Shown piece by piece: positions 19,346-28,833 of a DNA stretch of 32,000 nucleotides (position 1 is its first letter; every line of letters starts with the position of its first letter). Position numbers and translations under genes: made by a program. The notes beneath the pieces are model-generated. The model made no database searches. It was not told the DNA's origin and worked only from the letters and a program-made list of their open reading frames with translations. The stretch is from Candidatus Saccharimonadota bacterium (GTDB taxonomy: Bacteria > Patescibacteriota > Gracilibacteria > BD1-5 > UBA6164), in the NCBI GenBank assembly GCA_004563595.2, contig CP042461.1, forward strand, positions 570,001 to 602,000, read 5' to 3'.

Positions 19346-20590
19346 ATGCTTTGAAGAATCTGATTATTATTCCTTTTGCTCCTATTAACATTTTATTGCA
19401 TCATTATTATTCATGTTTGATATACTCTCTGACTAGAGAAGTTTATTGCGGAAAAAATGTATACACATTTCATTTTCTATCTTTCCTATATCTGACCGAT
19501 ATTATTATTGTTATTTCTGATTTATTACTTAGCAACTTGATGTAGTGCTGATAGAATATATAAAAAATACATGTACTTTTATATCTGATATCTTATATTC
19601 TTAGGCATTTTATATTCTTTGTACCATATCCAATATAAAGAACTCAATTTTATTCCTAAAGTTATATTTGAAACGAAGCTTCAGAATGTAAATCTCGATA
19701 ACGACTTAAACTGACTAGTTCAACTCATAAAATTATTAGATATAAATAAACAACAGTATTTATTACAAGATTTATATAATGAAAGTCATGAAAGAAGTAA
19801 GTGTATCTATAGTTGGGGTGTATTATGATGTAGTGATACAGAAAGACTTAATGTAATATCACGAAGTATAAAGCTTACTCAAGTTGAGATTGAGAATATT
19901 GAAGACCTCAATTGAGATTTTTTAAAACTTTTAAGATATAAATATTTTAAACAAGATAAAAAATCAAATGTAGCCTTTAATTTTAATGGGATTGCATCTC
20001 TTGCAAAAGTAAATCTCTACTACTCTATCTATAATCTTGAAAAAGGGAATCCTAAGAAAGCTATTAGCATACTATCTCTTTATAATAAAATCTGAGAGAA
20101 ATTAATAAAAAGTGATGGAGGTATTTTGCCTATTGTATCATGAATTACTATTATTCATTTGTGACAAAATAATATAGAATTTATTTTGAATAATTATAAT
20201 TTTTCATCTGATGAACTGCAAAAACTAAAAGAGAGTTTTAGTGCAGATTACAATTCAAAAGATATTGCGAAAAACACTCAAACATATACATATCAAGCTT
20301 GATATTTCATTTTTGATAGTACGTTTAGATGATCTGATATCTGATTGAATAAAAATCATTTTTATAATCAACTACGAAATTTTTATGTATGACTTATAAA
20401 TAGATTCATTTTATTGTATGATAATTATGATAATAGTTATATGTGAAAGAGTTTCTCATATTATTTCTTTGAAAATATTGGAAATATATCATTTGAGGGC
20501 TACGAAGAAGGTATATCAAATATAAATAAAAAGAATAAAGAAATTATAAATAAAATTGATATTTTACTTTATCAATTAAAAGGGAAGTAA
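19346..20590 (+). CDS. hypothetical membrane protein with a soluble C-terminal domain, 414 aa
   Basis: The code-25 ORF opens after TAG at 19340-19342. First ATG at 19346, TAA at 20588-20590, about 20 in-frame TGA. The hydrophobic N-terminal ~100 aa suggest several TM segments. The start is uncertain (another ATG at 19457). The track ORF 19351-19545 is in a different frame. Confidence 0.65.
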
Positions 20591-20596
20591 ACAAAT

Positions 20597-20637
20597 AAAA
20601 AGAGAATATTATTAGATTAATATTCTCTTTTTATTTT
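20597..20637. terminator. bidirectional rho-independent terminator
   Basis: aaaaagagaatatt (20597-20610) / aatattctcttttt (20619-20632). The stop codon of the convergent kinase gene (20636-20638) abuts it. Confidence 0.8.
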
Positions 20638-21514
20638 AATAAAGTATTTCTACAGTAAATTTTTTATCTTCAGATTTTATATTCATAGTATATCATAATG
20701 TTTTTATAATTTCTTCTATCATTGGTAACCCGAGACCATATCATTTACTTTGTTCTGGGGATTGAGAGTAAAACTTATTTGTCATATTTTTAAGATCTTT
20801 TTGCGATATATTTCTTTCTATTTTATTTTGAAAGATGAGCTTGTCAGTGTTTATATATATGAGTAATTTTCAATCAAGTGAATATTTTAAAGCATTTTCT
20901 ATGAGATTTTTAATCACTCTCAAGAATAAGACCTCATCTGTATAAATAGAGAGGTTGAACTCTTTATTTATAATTTTTATATTTGATTTTTCTTTTACGA
21001 AGTAGGTGCTTTGTTGAATAAAGTTTTCTAAATTAATATTTTTTTTACTAGATATATGGAGTGAGTTTGAAAAATCTAAGAGTCAATCAATGATCTTTAT
21101 CATATTCTTTAATTCATCTTGGGAGCTACTAATTTTTTCTTTATTAAATCAGAATTTTAGAATATCCAAATTTGAATGAATCACCGAAATTGGAGTTTTA
21201 AGCTCATGGGCTAAATTATGATTATATTCTCTCAATTTCTTATTATGTCTTTCTATTCAAGTAAATAATTTTTTTGTAAAAAAATATGAGATAAAATATA
21301 TTCAAAATAATATCGAGATACATTTTATTCCAACGTATGTATAGAAATAAAATACATTTTTTCAAAAAATTATTTTTTCCTCAAAGAGCTTTAAATATAT
21401 ATCTTTTATACTTACTGAATCCGAAAATATAAATAAAAATATACTTCAATACACTGTAAAAAGTAAGAATACAAAGAATGTGATCTGGAGAGCTAAGCGT
21501 TGTTCATTTTTCAT
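20636..21514 (-). CDS. intramembrane-sensing-type histidine kinase with a degenerate G1 box, 292 aa
   Basis: Two TM segments with a short loop. H box HNLAHELKTPISVI, N box NLIENALKYS, G2 box GYGLGLPMIEEI. The expected DxGxG position reads FQNKIERNIS. The ATG lies 9 nt after the regulator stop. Confidence 0.85.
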
Positions 21515-21523
21515 AATATATAT

Positions 21524-22186
21524 TTAATCTATTATATAACCGATTCACTTTATAGTTTTTATAAAATCTTTTCCTAGTTTTTTTCGAATAGAATAGATAT
21601 GTGATTCAAGAGTTGTACTGTTAAAATCAAGATTTTCTTCAGCTTCTCACCATACATATTCCATTATTTTTAATTTATTTTGAGGGTATCAATAGTTTTT
21701 TGATAAGAACTCTATAATGAGGTATTGTTTATATGAGAAAATTATTTCAGTTTTTTTCAGTAATACTTTATTTGATGAGTAATTAACAGTGTATTTTCAG
21801 ATTTTTTTTTGATCATCAATTTTTTTATCAGATCGTTTTAAAATTGATTTTAACCTTGCGACAAGTTCTTCAATTTCAAAGGGTTTAGTTATATAATCAT
21901 CTACTCATAAATCAAACATTTCTAGTTTGTCAGCAAGCATAGAATCAGAAGTAAGTGCTATAATAGGAATTACTTTTCAACACATTTTGAATTGCTTGAG
22001 AAACTCTTTCCCATCCATAATAGGCATATTTATATCCAAAATAATTGCATCATAAGATGTTTTGGTTAGTTTTTGTAGTGCCTCTTTTCCATGAGATGCT
22101 CATTCTCATAAATAATGAAATTTTTTTAATAAAAAAATGAGATTCTCTCTTAATATGTTATTATCTTCTACGATTAATATTTTCAT
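21524..22186 (-). CDS. OmpR/PhoB-family response regulator, 220 aa
   Basis: MKILIVEDNN..., DAIILDINMPIMDGKEF, DLGVDDYITKPF, C-terminal winged helix ...LESHIYSIRKKLGKDFIKTIKGIGYIID. TAA is tta at 21524-21526. Confidence 0.92.
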
Positions 22187-22224
22187 AAGTATTATTAGAT
22201 GAAGTAGAGTATCTTTATTTATAT

Positions 22225-22278
22225 GAAATCTACTTGAAATTTTAAATATTTTTTTAAAGTTTACTTCAAGTAGATTTC
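22225..22278. promoter_or_regulatory. perfect 14-bp inverted repeat with a 26-nt AT-rich spacer in a divergent promoter region
   Basis: gaaatctacttgaa (22225-22238) and ttcaagtagatttc (22265-22278). It lies between the regulator start (22186) and the membrane-protein start (22346). Confidence 0.5.
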
Positions 22279-22345
22279 AATTATATTCTTATTATATCTA
22301 CAGTTTAAATAAAATAAACTATTTTTATCCCCTTATTTTTATTTT

Positions 22346-24226
22346 ATGAGAAATCTTTTTAATATTTTTAACGCTGAGGCTTTGAAAAAAAATCTGAAAA
22401 CGATTATGTATCGTTTTCCTGTTTCAATTTGTCTTATTTTACTTGTGAGTTGATTATTTTTCTTAAATTTACATGTGTATTTTAGTGAAAGTGTTAATGA
22501 TCATTTAATGAAGGTGATTATGACATCTATTATAACTTTTTTCTTGAGTGTTTGAGTTTATATTAGTACGGAGAATACTTCTTTTTCTCAATTTAAGCAA
22601 CATATATACCAGTTATTCCCGGTATGATTCTGAATACTGTTATATGTTGTATTGAGTGTGAATCTTGGTGATTTTGAAAATATATTATTTATTATTCTGA
22701 GCTTCTTTGGTATTCTCTTTTATATATTCTTTGCTCCATATTTAAATAACATTATAAAAAATAATATTAAACAATCAGTTTTTTATACCTATTTTTATAA
22801 TATAAGTGTATTATTCTTAATTTCATTTATTCTGGGAGGAGTACTATTTGGATTATGAAGTATTTGAATATGAACAGTATTTGCTCTTTTTGATTTGTGA
22901 GATATTATTTGATATAATATCTATCAAGATTGGGCTATATTAGCACTTTCTGTATTTACCCCATTATTTGCGCTTACACAAGTTCCAAATAAAAAAAGTA
23001 CACAAGAGAATCACTTTAATGAAAATGCATTTTTCTCTTTTTTAGTGAAGTATATTGCGATTCCTTTTATATATGTATATTTTATTATTCTTTATGCATA
23101 CACGATTAAGGTATTAGCAAATTTTTGAGATTGGCCAAAATGAGAGGTAAGTTGGATGGTTATAGGGTTTTCTATTTTTGGATATATTATCTATATCTTT
23201 TCTTATATTTTTGAAGATAAGAATAAATTTATAAAGGTATTTAGAAAAGCTTTTCCTTTTGTGGTAATTCCTCAGATCTTTATGTTATTCTATGCTATCT
23301 ACTTGAGAATTTCTCAGTACGATATTACGGTTAATAGGTATTTAGTAGTTGTATTTGGTATATGGTTACTTCTCATATCGTTATATTATGTCTTTTCTAG
23401 AAAAAAGTATTTATCTACTATCCCATTTTTATTAACTGTATTTACTCTTGTTATTTCAATTTGACCATGGTCTGTTCATTCTTTACCAGAGTCTAGACAG
23501 TCACAAAGGCTAGAATTATTTCTTATAGAAGCAAATATACTACAAAATGGTAAGATTATACCGTTAACAAACTATGATGATATTTCAAAAGAACTTTCAA
23601 AAGAAATTTATTGATGAATTAATTACTTATGCGATTTTGATAATTGTAATTTTATAAAAGAGCTTTTCCCTATCATATATAAAGAAATTGATGAGCAATA
23701 TAAAAAATATAATGATAGACCAGAAATCTATATAGGATCAAGGGAACCAGAACTGAATAGATGGGAAATTGTAAGTGAAATAACAAAGAAAATTAAAGTA
23801 AAAAATTATCACAGTGATAATAGGTTTCAGAGTAAAACAATTTGATTATCTATAAATTGAAGTGAAACACTTTTTCCAATAAATATTTGAGAATATTCAA
23901 AAATATTAGAATTATCAAATAACTCTTATGGAAAAAATTCACATCATTACTCAAAAATAAACTTCAAAAATAAGACTATAGAGATAATAGAGAACTGACT
24001 TACTATTGAATCATTTTCAATATCACAAATATTAGAGAACCTCTATAGTAAATATAAAAGTCTATGAACCACTGATCTATCTAAAGAGGACCTTATATTT
24101 GAAGTAATCTCAAATAATAAAACTTATAAAGTATTATTTAGTCAAATCAGTATAGATAATCCTGATTTCGATTGAACAGAGGAATTCCCATATTATTATG
24201 CCAGAGGTTATATTTTAATAAAATAA
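22346..24226 (+). CDS. large polytopic membrane protein with a soluble C-terminal domain (DUF4153-like by recollection), 626 aa
   Basis: ATG at 22346, TAA at 24224-24226. The track ORFs 22652-22858 and 23156-23464 are in-frame fragments. About 10 hydrophobic segments are followed by ISIGPWSVHSLPESRQSQRLELFL and a hydrophilic tail of about 250 aa. The family assignment is from memory and unverified. Confidence 0.8.
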
Positions 24227-24228
24227 AA

Positions 24229-24266
24229 AATAAGAAGAGTATTTTTTAATACTCTTCTTATTTTTT
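24229..24266. terminator. bidirectional rho-independent terminator
   Basis: 15-bp stem aataagaagagtatt / aatactcttcttatt. The stop codon of the convergent cyclase gene (24258-24260) lies inside the right arm. Confidence 0.8.
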
Positions 24267-25436
24267 GTTTGTAAAAATATTTTTTACTTTAATAATTGTT
24301 TTATTTTTTTGAGATGAATACTTTTTTATAGTTTCAATAAACGTTTTTTTATATTTTTTTCAAATATTAATAATCTTATTTTTATCTCTTTTTGCAATCT
24401 CTTTTCATGACTTTACTGAATAACTAAATAATGTTTTTAATTCTTTATTTGTTGCTTTTACTCACTGACTCTTTTTATAAAAATAATAACTGAGTACTTT
24501 TCAAATTGAATATGTTAATCAAAAATTTAACGGAATCATTAGATATCATCAAAAACCTACAAAACCTAGTTTTGTTATTCATACTATGGTTTGGGAAAAA
24601 ACATAACTCCCTCATACGCTAGAGAGTATGGTTGTGAATATTTCTTTAGATTCATCTTTATTCAGCTCTATTCAATAACTATGAGAAATTTCTTGTAAGA
24701 GGTATAAATGAAAAGGAAGTACACTATATGTATCTAAAAATGGTATTGGTTGTACACCTAAAATTGCAGCTACAGATGAGAATTTAAAAATAGTGTCATC
24801 GATCTTTTTTATTTTTGTCTTGAAGTCCTCACTAATAAAATAATCATTAATATTTACATGCTGTATTTTTCATTCTTTTATATTTTTTACTTCCTGAAGG
24901 TTGTGTACTATTTCATATATATCAACTTCATAGAGTACTCATTTAAATGACGTTTTTCATAAATATAGATGTACATAATCATTTTTCTTTTGTATTGCAT
25001 TCCATAACCCTCATGAAATAAAAATTTTATTTTCAGGAGTTTTATTTTGTAATCTAGATGCAACATTTACAGAATCTCAAAAATAATCTTCTCAATTTAT
25101 TGTAACTTCCCTTTCTAATGATCAGTAATCAGCACTTATTCTCAGTTCTATTTTATATAAATTTAATTCTATTTGGGAGTTATATTTTTCGAGCTTCTTT
25201 TGTATTTCAATTGATGTTTGCAGGGCATTTTCAGGTTTTTCGAAGACTATCATATATGAATCTCCAATAGATTTTACTATCTTTCAAAAGTATTTCTTTA
25301 TTATTGGGAAAATAATCTCATCTTGTTTACTCAAAAGCGTATTTATTTGAACTTGAGTCATCAGAGATGTTTTTAATGTGAAATCTTTTATATCTGTAAA
25401 TAAAACAGCTCAATTAATAGAATCTATATGTTTCAT
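24258..25436 (-). CDS. class III adenylate/guanylate cyclase catalytic domain fused to a DUF697/YcjF-like membrane-associated domain, 392 aa
   Basis: Cyclase motifs AVLFTDIKDFT, KSIGDSYMIVF, LRISADYGSL, DYFGDSVNVASRL. The C-terminal half (LGVQPIPFLDTYSVLPFHLYLLQEISHSYGIEL..., then Gly-rich hydrophobic segments) resembles DUF697, by recollection. Confidence 0.85.
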
Positions 25437-25496
25437 ATATTTGTTTTTTTATATACTTTTTTTATTTATATTCATAATAACATATTATAAAATATA

Positions 25497-25529
25497 AGTA
25501 AAAAAATAAAGATACTTCTCAGTATCTTT
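25497..25529 (-). terminator. rho-independent terminator of the disulfide reductase gene
   Basis: aaagatact (25508-25516) / agtatcttt (25521-25529). T-rich on the minus strand after the stem. Confidence 0.65.
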
Positions 25530-25533
25530 ATTT

Positions 25534-26934
25534 TTATTTTATTGCTTTTTTAGCGTTTCTCGCTGCATTTCTTACATTTTCAGGGAGAGCAGGGTGGATA
25601 TATATAATATTGAGTATATCATCTAGTTTTGCTCACATAGTTATAAATACAATAAGTATATGAATCATATTTGATGCTTCAACTCAGATTATATGTGCTC
25701 AGAGTAACTTGAGTGAAGTTTTATCAAAGAGTAGCTTTACTATTCAATGATCACTTTTTAGTGCATCTCACATGGCTGAATCTTGATACTTATTTATTCA
25801 CTTAATATAGCTTACTCATTCATTTATTAATTCATCTTCTGTTTTTCATACTCAAGCTACTTGAGGGTTTGAAAAAATAGCCCATGGCATAGGTGGATAT
25901 GAAATCTGATTTTTTGGTTTCAAGTTGTTATCTTCTATGAGTTCTTTATAAAGGTATTCAGCTTCAAAGTTTACTGAATGTCTGAATAAATAGTTTCATA
26001 TACAGTCTCATAGAGCATATATATGAGGGAGAGATGTTTGAAGTGTATCATCAACTTCAATAAATCCTCTTTTGTTCGTTGTAATATCTGTATTCTCTAG
26101 ATTGAGTGTATCACTATTGGGTTGTACACCAGTTGCTATTAAAAGAGCATCTCATTGGATTGCCTTTTCTTCATTATTTTGAGTGTAATAGAGAGTGAAT
26201 TCTTTCCTTGTCTTATCGTATTCAACTTTGTGGGTTCAAACTCACTCTAGTACATTATATTTTTCTTTAAAAACCCTTCCGAATTCCTCTTTAATTTCAG
26301 AATCTACGTTTCAAATCAGTCATCATCTTACAATAAATGTTACATTACTTCCAAGAGCTCCGTACGCATGACCAAGTTCAACTGCAATGTATCAACCTCA
26401 AATAACCAGGAGCTTTTTTGGGAGTTGTTTATTTCTGAGAGCTTCTGTTGAAGTCATATATGGAGTAGCTTCTAATCATTCAATTGGTGGAATAGTTGGT
26501 CTTGCTCCTACCGCTATGATAATTTTTTTTCCTGATATAACTTGGCTATTCACTTCGATCCTATTGTTATCTAAAAACCTTGCCTGTCCATGAAAATAAT
26601 CTAGAGTTTCATTTTTTGATGAATTATAGAGATCGTTTATTTTATTTGAAGTTGAATCAGTTGATGTATTGATTTCAGTTACTAATTTACCAAAATCAAC
26701 TGTCGGTGCATTTACAGAGATATGATATTTTTTTGCCTCACGTATTTCTTGCATAACATCAGCTGGATGTATTAGCATTTTTGAAGGAATACATCCTCTG
26801 TTGAGGCAAGTTCATCAAAGCTTATCTTTTTCAATAATGGCAACATTGAGTCATCTTTCTGCTGCGGGACGTGCAATTTTTCCAGCTCATCACGATCAAA
26901 TTACAATGAGGTCATATATTTTTTCTGTTTCCAT
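25534..26934 (-). CDS. class I FAD-dependent pyridine nucleotide-disulfide oxidoreductase (Lpd/glutathione/mycothione reductase family), 466 aa
   Basis: FAD fold DLIVIGSGGAGK, redox-active disulfide GGTCLNRGCIPSK, NAD fold LLVIGGGYIAVELG, ALGDC, and dimerisation motif IHPALPE. The track ORF 26476-26778 is an in-frame fragment. Confidence 0.92.
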
Positions 26935-27018
26935 GCATTACAAAATTAGGATATAGGATCTTTATATTGTATCCAATTATAAGCAGATGTATAATTTATT
27001 TAATACTTTTTATTTTAA

Positions 27019-27054
27019 GTAAAAAGGCTTACAGATATGTATCTGAAAGCCTTT
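27019..27054 (-). terminator. rho-independent terminator of 27118-27453
   Basis: aaaggcttacagat / atctgaaagccttt (one mismatch). The minus-strand downstream sequence is cctttttactt. Confidence 0.65.
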
Positions 27055-27117
27055 ATTAATTAACATGTAACACCAAAAATCTCCTTTTGTTGTAGTACAT
27101 TATTATTTTGTTTAACA

Positions 27118-27453
27118 TTATGCGACAAGTGCACATACTGTTGGTTTTTGTGTAGCCTTTACAATCTTTTTAACAGATCGTTCTAGCGTATCTTGTTGAT
27201 CGAAAAACAATTGAGTTTCAATTCTCAGACACTCAACACAGTATACAGATTGAGATATAATATTTTCTTCAGCATACCTTCTTGATAGCTGAAGAATTTT
27301 TCTTCTCATGGTTAATGTTATTCTCTCATGTGCATTATTTGTATCACATTTTTGAGAACACTTTTCACATGTATCAAGTTGATCAGTAAAATGATCAACA
27401 TACTTCTGGTTAAGATAATCAACAATTTTCCGCATAACGCTTCTAATTTTCAT
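27118..27453 (-). CDS. Cys-rich, glycine-free hypothetical protein, 111 aa (SD-led, TGA-free class); possible zinc-binding
   Basis: Intact standard ORF with a TAA stop. SD GGAG lies 8 nt before the ATG. CEKCSQKC and CVEC give CxxC...CxxC. Confidence 0.7.
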   Translation of the reverse strand: MKIRSVMRKIVDYLNQKYVDHFTDQLDTCEKCSQKCDTNNAHERITLTMRRKILQLSRRYAEENIISQSVYCVECLRIETQLFFDQQDTLERSVKKIVKATQKPTVCALVA

Positions 27454-27537
27454 TTGATACTCTCCACATTTGATAAATGTACTCTCTTTATACTTGTTCT
27501 GTAATAAAAATCAAACATAATATTATTTTAGAAAAGC

Positions 27538-27570
27538 AAAAGGCTATCAGATATTCTTCTGATAGCCTTT
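27538..27570 (-). terminator. rho-independent terminator of the 21-aa peptide unit
   Basis: aaaggctatcag / ctgatagccttt stem with an 8-nt loop. Confidence 0.7.
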
Positions 27571-27588
27571 ATGTGTAAATTGTTTGCA

Positions 27589-27654
27589 TTACAGTATGAG
27601 TCCTGTAATTATAAGTACTATACCAACGATAGCAAGCGTGAATGGTTCAAACAT
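27589..27654 (-). CDS. 21-aa hydrophobic peptide MFEPFTLAIVGIVLIITGLIL
   Basis: Strong SD AAGGAG lies 7 nt before the ATG (cat at 27652-27654). TAA stop at 27589-27591. It is boxed in by two terminators, so it is its own short transcription unit. Confidence 0.45.
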   Translation of the reverse strand: MFEPFTLAIVGIVLIITGLIL

Positions 27655-27732
27655 TGTATCTCTCCTTTTTTATATTTTTTGTTCTAATACATGAGTCATG
27701 TTATCAATTTTATCAAAAAAGTCAAAGTAAAT

Positions 27733-27766
27733 AACAAAGACCTATTATGAATAATAGGTCTTTGTT
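27733..27766 (-). terminator. rho-independent terminator of the RRM gene
   Basis: 16-bp stem aacaaagacctattat / ataataggtctttgtt. Confidence 0.8.
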
Positions 27767-27777
27767 ATTTGAAGTTA

Positions 27778-28038
27778 TTATGCTTCTTCTTTTTCTTGAG
27801 CAAAATCAACTTTGATATCTCTTCCATCTAATTCAGCTCCGTCCATAGCTTCTTTTGCAGCTACAGCTTCTTCTACTGAAGAAAATTCAATGAAACCAAA
27901 CCCTCTTGATTTTCCAGTTTCTCTATCTGTGATAATTTTAACGTAAGATACTTCTCCAAATTCTTTGAAAGCGTCTTTTATATCTTGCCATTCTAAATTC
28001 CAAGATATACCTCCTATAAATAACTTGTTCGTTTCCAT
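27778..28038 (-). CDS. RRM-type (RNP-1/RNP-2) RNA-binding protein, 86 aa
   Basis: RNP-2 LFIGGI and RNP-1 RGFGFIEF. TAA stop. All 8 Gly are GGN, with no TGA. No SD. Confidence 0.92.
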   Translation of the reverse strand: METNKLFIGGISWNLEWQDIKDAFKEFGEVSYVKIITDRETGKSRGFGFIEFSSVEEAVAAKEAMDGAELDGRDIKVDFAQEKEEA

Positions 28039-28204
28039 AATACTATATGAATAAATATATAAAATTTGAGATAATAAGGTTTTTACTCAAGCACTTAGTA
28101 TTATGACTTTAAAAATGACTTTTATAAGTGATAAAAAATTATTTCTCGAACATATTATAATTGTTATTTACAAATAGCAAGTTTTATTTCTGTATTTTAT
28201 AATA

Positions 28205-28236
28205 CAAAAAAAAGTGGGGAACTAATCCCACTTTTT
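28205..28236 (-). terminator. rho-independent terminator of ppa
   Basis: agtgggga / tcccact stem flanked by A and T runs. Confidence 0.65.
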
Positions 28237-28238
28237 GT

Positions 28239-28769
28239 TTATTTATTAAATTTAATTTTGTACGCTTTATGACACTCGTGGAGTCTTTTTATTGCTTCTG
28301 CTTTATTATCCCAACCGTTTAATTCTACTTTTTTTCCATGGAGATCTTTATAATGAAGCATGTAATATTCTATATCTTCTAACTCTTTTGCATTTACATT
28401 TTCTATATCATTTATATCAGAATAATATTTATCATCTGCAACAGCAAGTACTTTGTAATCATCTTCCCCTGAATCTATCATTTTGAGTCCACCTACAACT
28501 CTACAGGGTACAATTACTCATACTGCAAGAGGTTGACTACATAAAATAATTACATCAAGAGGATCATTATCACCCTCATTCCATGTTTGTGGAAGGTCTC
28601 AGTAGTTAAATGTATAGTCAATTGGAGTTTTCCCAACTCTATCTACCCACATGGCACCTGTTTTATGATCAAATTCATACTTTACTTTGCTCCCCTTTGG
28701 AATTTCTAGTACAGCATTGATTTCACTTAATTCTTCATTCCCAAGTGGAATATCGTGATATAAATTCAT
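28239..28769 (-). CDS. ppa: family I inorganic pyrophosphatase, 176 aa
   Basis: MNLYHDIPLG..., FNY-G-DLPQTW, and the signature GDNDPLDVI. The track ORF 28239-28481 is the C-terminal fragment. Only 2 of 12 Gly are TGA. Confidence 0.92.
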
Positions 28770-28833
28770 ATTTTTTATGTTAGCAATATATTAATAAGTG
28801 GATTGTATATATTTTTTCTATTTTTTCAAAGTT

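Noticed and set aside
19351-19545. Track ORF 19351-19545(+) as an independent 64-aa gene.
   Set aside because: It is in a different frame from the 414-aa code-25 ORF (19346-20590) that spans the same region and continues for 1.2 kb.
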